DNA from: Andalucia godoyi And28
Lineage: Eukaryota > Protista > Jakobida
DNA: 64,000 nt
Direction of reading: 5' to 3'
Assembly: GCA_009859145.1 (NCBI GenBank)
Contig: VRVR01000009.1
Coordinates: 212,392-276,391, forward strand
In this document: positions 60,367-64,000 of the stretch, piece by piece
How the letters are laid out: the number at the start of each line of letters is the position of its first letter
Numbering within the stretch: the first letter of the stretch is position 1
Translations under genes and position numbers: made by a program
Notes under the pieces: model-generated
Databases searched by the model: none
What the model was told of the DNA's origin: nothing
Seen by the model: the letters and a program-made list of their open reading frames with translations, nothing else

Positions 60367-61329
60367 ATGAAAGTCAAGGATATTGTGCGGACTCCCAAGA
60401 CAAGGTCATCGAAGCGAGCACTTCAAAAGAGGCTACCCAAGGTGTTTGAGAATCCGAAGCAGTCGCTGGTGCTGAGCGGCAAGCGGACGTCTGGTGTTGT
60501 TTCAGAGGTCTTGAAGGTTCTTCATTCTCTGCGCAAGCCGAATTCAAAGAAATTCACGCGAAAGAACGATGTCACTCCCTTTGAAGATGCATCGAAAATT
60601 GAATTTTTGGGTGGAAAAAACGACACTTCTCTTTTTGTCATTGGGTCACATTCCAAGAAGCGTCCGCATCACTTGACCTTTGGGCGCCTGTTCGATTTTG
60701 AACTCTATGACATGTACGAGTTTGAGGTTGAGGGGTTTGAAGTGCCTCCTGTTTCGACACAGCAGTTGGGTTCAAAGCCTGTGTTGATTTTCCAAGGTGA
60801 TCAGTTTGAGAATGATGCGACATATTGTGCAATCCGCGAGTATTTTCTTGACTTCGCTCGGGGTGCTGACCTGGAAAAGGTTTCTGCTGAAGGATTGCAG
60901 CACGCTCTTGTCTTTTCTGTGATTGGGTCTCGCATACATATCAAGCAGTACTACTTGCAATCACAATTCAAGAGTGAGGAGGCACCGAAAATCACTGCTG
61001 TTCCTTCGGGACTCCACATTGTCCTTGCGCCGAAACGAAATGTATTGGCAACTGCAGATAAGCGAAAGGTTGCGATGAGAAGATCGAAGCAGTCGCTGCC
61101 CATGAAGACAAAGAACGTCGAGGAAGGCGCGGTCGGCACAGTACTGGGTCGTGTACATATGGAGAAGCAAGACCTGCAGCGACTTGCATTGAAGAAGATG
61201 AAGGGCTTGAAGCGAGCCAGGGAGTCTCCCGGTGCCGGTGCCGGTGCCGGTGCCGAGGCAGAGGTCGAAGCAGAAGCACAGACTGTGTTCAACGAAAGAC
61301 CAGCCAAGGTAATGAAAAAGCAATCATAA
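60367..61329 (+). CDS. RPF2: Brix-domain ribosome biogenesis protein RPF2, 320 aa
   Basis: KRALQKRLPKVFENPK, PFEDASKIEFL, SHSKKRPHHLTFGRLFD...DMYE, GRVHMEKQDL; ATG at 60367. Confidence 0.93.
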   Translation: MKVKDIVRTPKTRSSKRALQKRLPKVFENPKQSLVLSGKRTSGVVSEVLKVLHSLRKPNSKKFTRKNDVTPFEDASKIEFLGGKNDTSLFVIGSHSKKRPHHLTFGRLFDFELYDMYEFEVEGFEVPPVSTQQLGSKPVLIFQGDQFENDATYCAIREYFLDFARGADLEKVSAEGLQHALVFSVIGSRIHIKQYYLQSQFKSEEAPKITAVPSGLHIVLAPKRNVLATADKRKVAMRRSKQSLPMKTKNVEEGAVGTVLGRVHMEKQDLQRLALKKMKGLKRARESPGAGAGAGAEAEVEAEAQTVFNERPAKVMKKQS

Positions 61330-61600
61330 AGAAAAGCACCAGACAAAGGATGATCGCATCCAGTACATCATCAGCAGGGCCACCGCGTTACTGATCCTCC
61401 GAAACGGAACACAAGTATTTCTAATATGTGATAGTATGGTATAGTATATATTTTTTCACTCGTTTATTTTATCACATTCTTCTTTTTCTTTTCTGTTTTT
61501 TTGCTTTGTTTTGTTTTGTTTTTGCCTTCTTCATTTTCTTGCCTTGTGAAACACACCAAACATTTCCCCTTTTTTGTTGCATGGAGAATGAAAGCGGTTT

Positions 61601-62926
61601 TCATCGGCTGCAGACGTTGGTGAGAGACGGCGCGTCCCAGCACTGCAGCGACTCCGACGCAATAAGCGGCTTGACGATGAGCGTGGCCGCCCGCAAAAGC
61701 CGGAATGCCATAAAGACACGGGCAGGAGTCGGGAAAGGGAACAGAAGACGGGCGACACCGTACAGGGCAACAGAAAAGAAATGGAAAATAAGCATCGATG
61801 GATACGGTTTGAGCCCGGAAAGTAAACCAATCGGGCCCGACACTGCAATTCCTCCAAGCTTGAAGTAGTCAAAGCACGCCTTTCTCATGATGGGCAACGA
61901 TGGATCATCTTGGGCAGAAAACACGGAATACAGTGCATTTGCAAGAATGTTGATTGTCGATGCGTACGGCTTTCTCTTTGAATAAAAGGCAGACATGATC
62001 TTCTCGAGTCGTTTGAGATCTGTCAAGTCCTTGCGAGATCGGATCAAGTTTGCAAACGTCAAGACGTCATTGAATGCGACCGTCATGCCGCCTCCAGTGA
62101 GGGGATGCCTGCAATTGAACGCATCGCCGAGAAGAATCGCCCCGGAGACAACATATGGCTTTCCGCTCATGGTTTTGTTTGGCATTGAGCGAATTCTTCC
62201 TTTCTGCACAGCCGAGACAAAGTACGGTTTGATCTCGGTAGGCAATTGGGGAGCAATCTCTGTCAGAAGATACGCGGTCATATCGCCATTGGAGATGGAA
62301 GGCAGCTTGCCGTTGATGTCCACCAGAACACGGCACTCCGTTGAGCTGATGGGGTACGCAAGAACTGGCGTGGGTTTTGCAAGGATCACGTGGCCGTGCC
62401 ACGGGAACGGAAGATGTTCATTTGCTCCTTCCATCAAGATGCCGACAAAGTGAGACCGGACCACCGGCTGAGCATCAGAAATCTTGGAGCGGAATACGGA
62501 CCCCGAGCCGTCGCATACGATCGTAACGGCAGATTTGATGCGCTTCTGCTTGCCATCGGCATCACGAAACAGCAATCCAGTGATGCGACTTCCTTCTTCA
62601 ACCAAGCGAGTGACGGTGCCTGCAATCAGCGAGACCCCAGTCGTTCCGCGAGCAGACGATCGCAGATTCTGCACAAACCTCCCATGGTGAAACGCCCGTC
62701 CAATCGCCGGCTTTCCTTTCACAATAGGATACTTCAGTTGAAGCCTCTGATTGTCCATAAACACAGAATATCCTTGGATCTTGCACGCATCGATTCCTTC
62801 CATGGTTTCCGCAAGACCCAGCTGCGTCAGCGCATTCACACCACCAGGTTGCAGCAACTCACCAATCAAACGATCCGGTTCACTGGATAGATAGATAGAT
62901 AGAGAGATAGATAGATAGATAGAGAG

Positions 62927-62958
<32 letters not shown>

Positions 62959-63326
62959 AAACACAAACACACACACAAAGAAACATCAGCATCTGGACAG
63001 CAATCGTCACAATAAATGCATCATGGCATGCAAAGCTCGAAGGTGAAGAAAAAAGAATAAAAACGGACATACGATAGATCTCGTTCGACAACAATTACTT
63101 TGAATCCCTTCTTTCCAAGCACATATGCTAGTGTGGCACCCACCACTCCTCCTCCAACGATGACGACGTCCGAGTGGATCATTTCCGCAGAGCCGGACGA
63201 TCCAGCAGAGCCGGATGCCGATGTCGATGTCGGTTCCTCGGATGCAATGGCCGGAACTGAAAGACGCGAAACATTGGGGAAAATATGACGCGCAACAACC
63301 GCTGCACGAGACTCTGGAATAGACAT
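61601..63326 (-). CDS. SQLE: Squalene epoxidase (squalene monooxygenase), 511 aa, two exons
   Basis: Exons 63326-63073 and 62882-61601, GTATGT donor, CAG acceptor. The join gives ERDLSEPDRLIGELLQPGG; GGGVVG FAD motif, DGSGS, GDAFNCRHPLTGGGMTVA. Confidence 0.96.
62886..62944. repeat. (GATA)n-rich microsatellite in the SQLE intron
   Basis: Interrupted GATA/GA tandem array directly next to the 3' acceptor. Confidence 0.9.
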
Positions 63327-63834
63327 GTTCTACTTTGTTGCTCTCAACCTTTCCAAACAATTTTCTGAACAGAAAAAAAATAATAAGAATAAGAATAAGA
63401 AGGATGAAGAACTAAAGATGAAATAGCAACAAGCAACAACAATAATAAAAGGCAAAAGACAAAAGGCAAAATGCAAAAGGCAAAAGGCAAAAGGCAAAAA
63501 ACGAATATGCCTATCGAAACGGAAACTCGGACAAAAATACTTGGCTTTTTTGGTGCAAAAATATATGAATGGGGTTTAATAATAACGCGCGCATCAGTCG
63601 GGCGGAGTTTTATTTTCTGCTCTACAAAGCAGGTTCTACGATCAGTGAGACTGATGAAAAGACGAGAACAGGACGAGAAACAAAAAAGGCCAAGCGAGCA
63701 GGACGATTTCATAGGAGATGGGGAAGGGGGGGGCACTGACGACACGGGGAAAACTGGCGGAATTTTCGAAAAAGCAACGAGCGAACCAAAATATACGTTA
63801 AAATTGACAAGAAGAAGAAAATAATACACAATTA

Positions 63835-64000
63835 CTACTCATAGATCTCCTCCACAGATTCAATAAGGCGGATTCCCTTTTCTTCCAATGCTTCAAGCAA
63901 TGGGACATATAGATCGGCGGTCATTGGTCCACACACTCCGACGCGAGAAATCACATTGTCAAGCACCAGCTGCGTTGCGATGGCACATGGCACACCAACA
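63835..64000 (-). CDS. 3' end of a saccharopine dehydrogenase (LYS9/AASS C-terminal type), partial
   Basis: Frame from 63999: VGVPCAIATQLVLDNVISRVGVCGPMTADLYVPLLEALEEKGIRLIESVEEIYE*, matching the family's C-terminal VG.P.AIA..L...G...P...Y.P.L..L...GI pattern. Not in the ORF track. Confidence 0.8.
   Translation of the reverse strand, partial: VGVPCAIATQLVLDNVISRVGVCGPMTADLYVPLLEALEEKGIRLIESVEEIYE

Noticed and set aside
1-64000. Mobile elements, viral inserts, CRISPR arrays, tRNA or rRNA genes
   Set aside because: No transposase, RT, integrase or capsid motifs, terminal repeats, spacer arrays or tRNA arms were seen by eye. The only rRNA-like word is the snoRNA guide.

Overview
This is a gene-dense, intron-poor eukaryotic nuclear window (standard genetic code, GC-balanced coding regions, AT/microsatellite-rich spacers mostly 150-700 bp). 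Squalene epoxidase and centrin-binding/coiled-coil proteins point to an aerobic, flagellated protist; a discoban such as a jakobid is only a guess. I can support about 30 protein-coding genes. Confident calls include RPB12 (three exons, absent from the ORF track), RPRD/Rtt103-like, RPL10A, RPS4, RPF2, H2A, H1, MCM4, DDX19/Dbp5, CK2 alpha, gamma-SNAP, RpiB, an M3A peptidase, ATG2, QDPR, SEH1, squalene epoxidase and the 3' end of a saccharopine dehydrogenase. An intronic box C/D snoRNA in RPL10A has a guide matching LSU rRNA at the U60/snR48-type site. The most notable observations are: (1) a degenerate Rho-like GTPase fused to three Fn3-associated/CHB_HEX_C-like repeats; (2) a protein carrying the short-motif set of 4E-T/Cup-type eIF4E repressors; (3) plant-type telo-box motifs (AAACCCTA) upstream of ribosomal protein and ribosome biogenesis genes; (4) a tandem GT11 + GT92 glycosyltransferase pair; (5) a 7TM-RGS fusion; (6) GTATGY donors at all six confident introns. 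Four GC-balanced islands remain unexplained. I saw no mobile element, CRISPR array, tRNA or rRNA. Family calls come from motif recognition by eye, not database searches.
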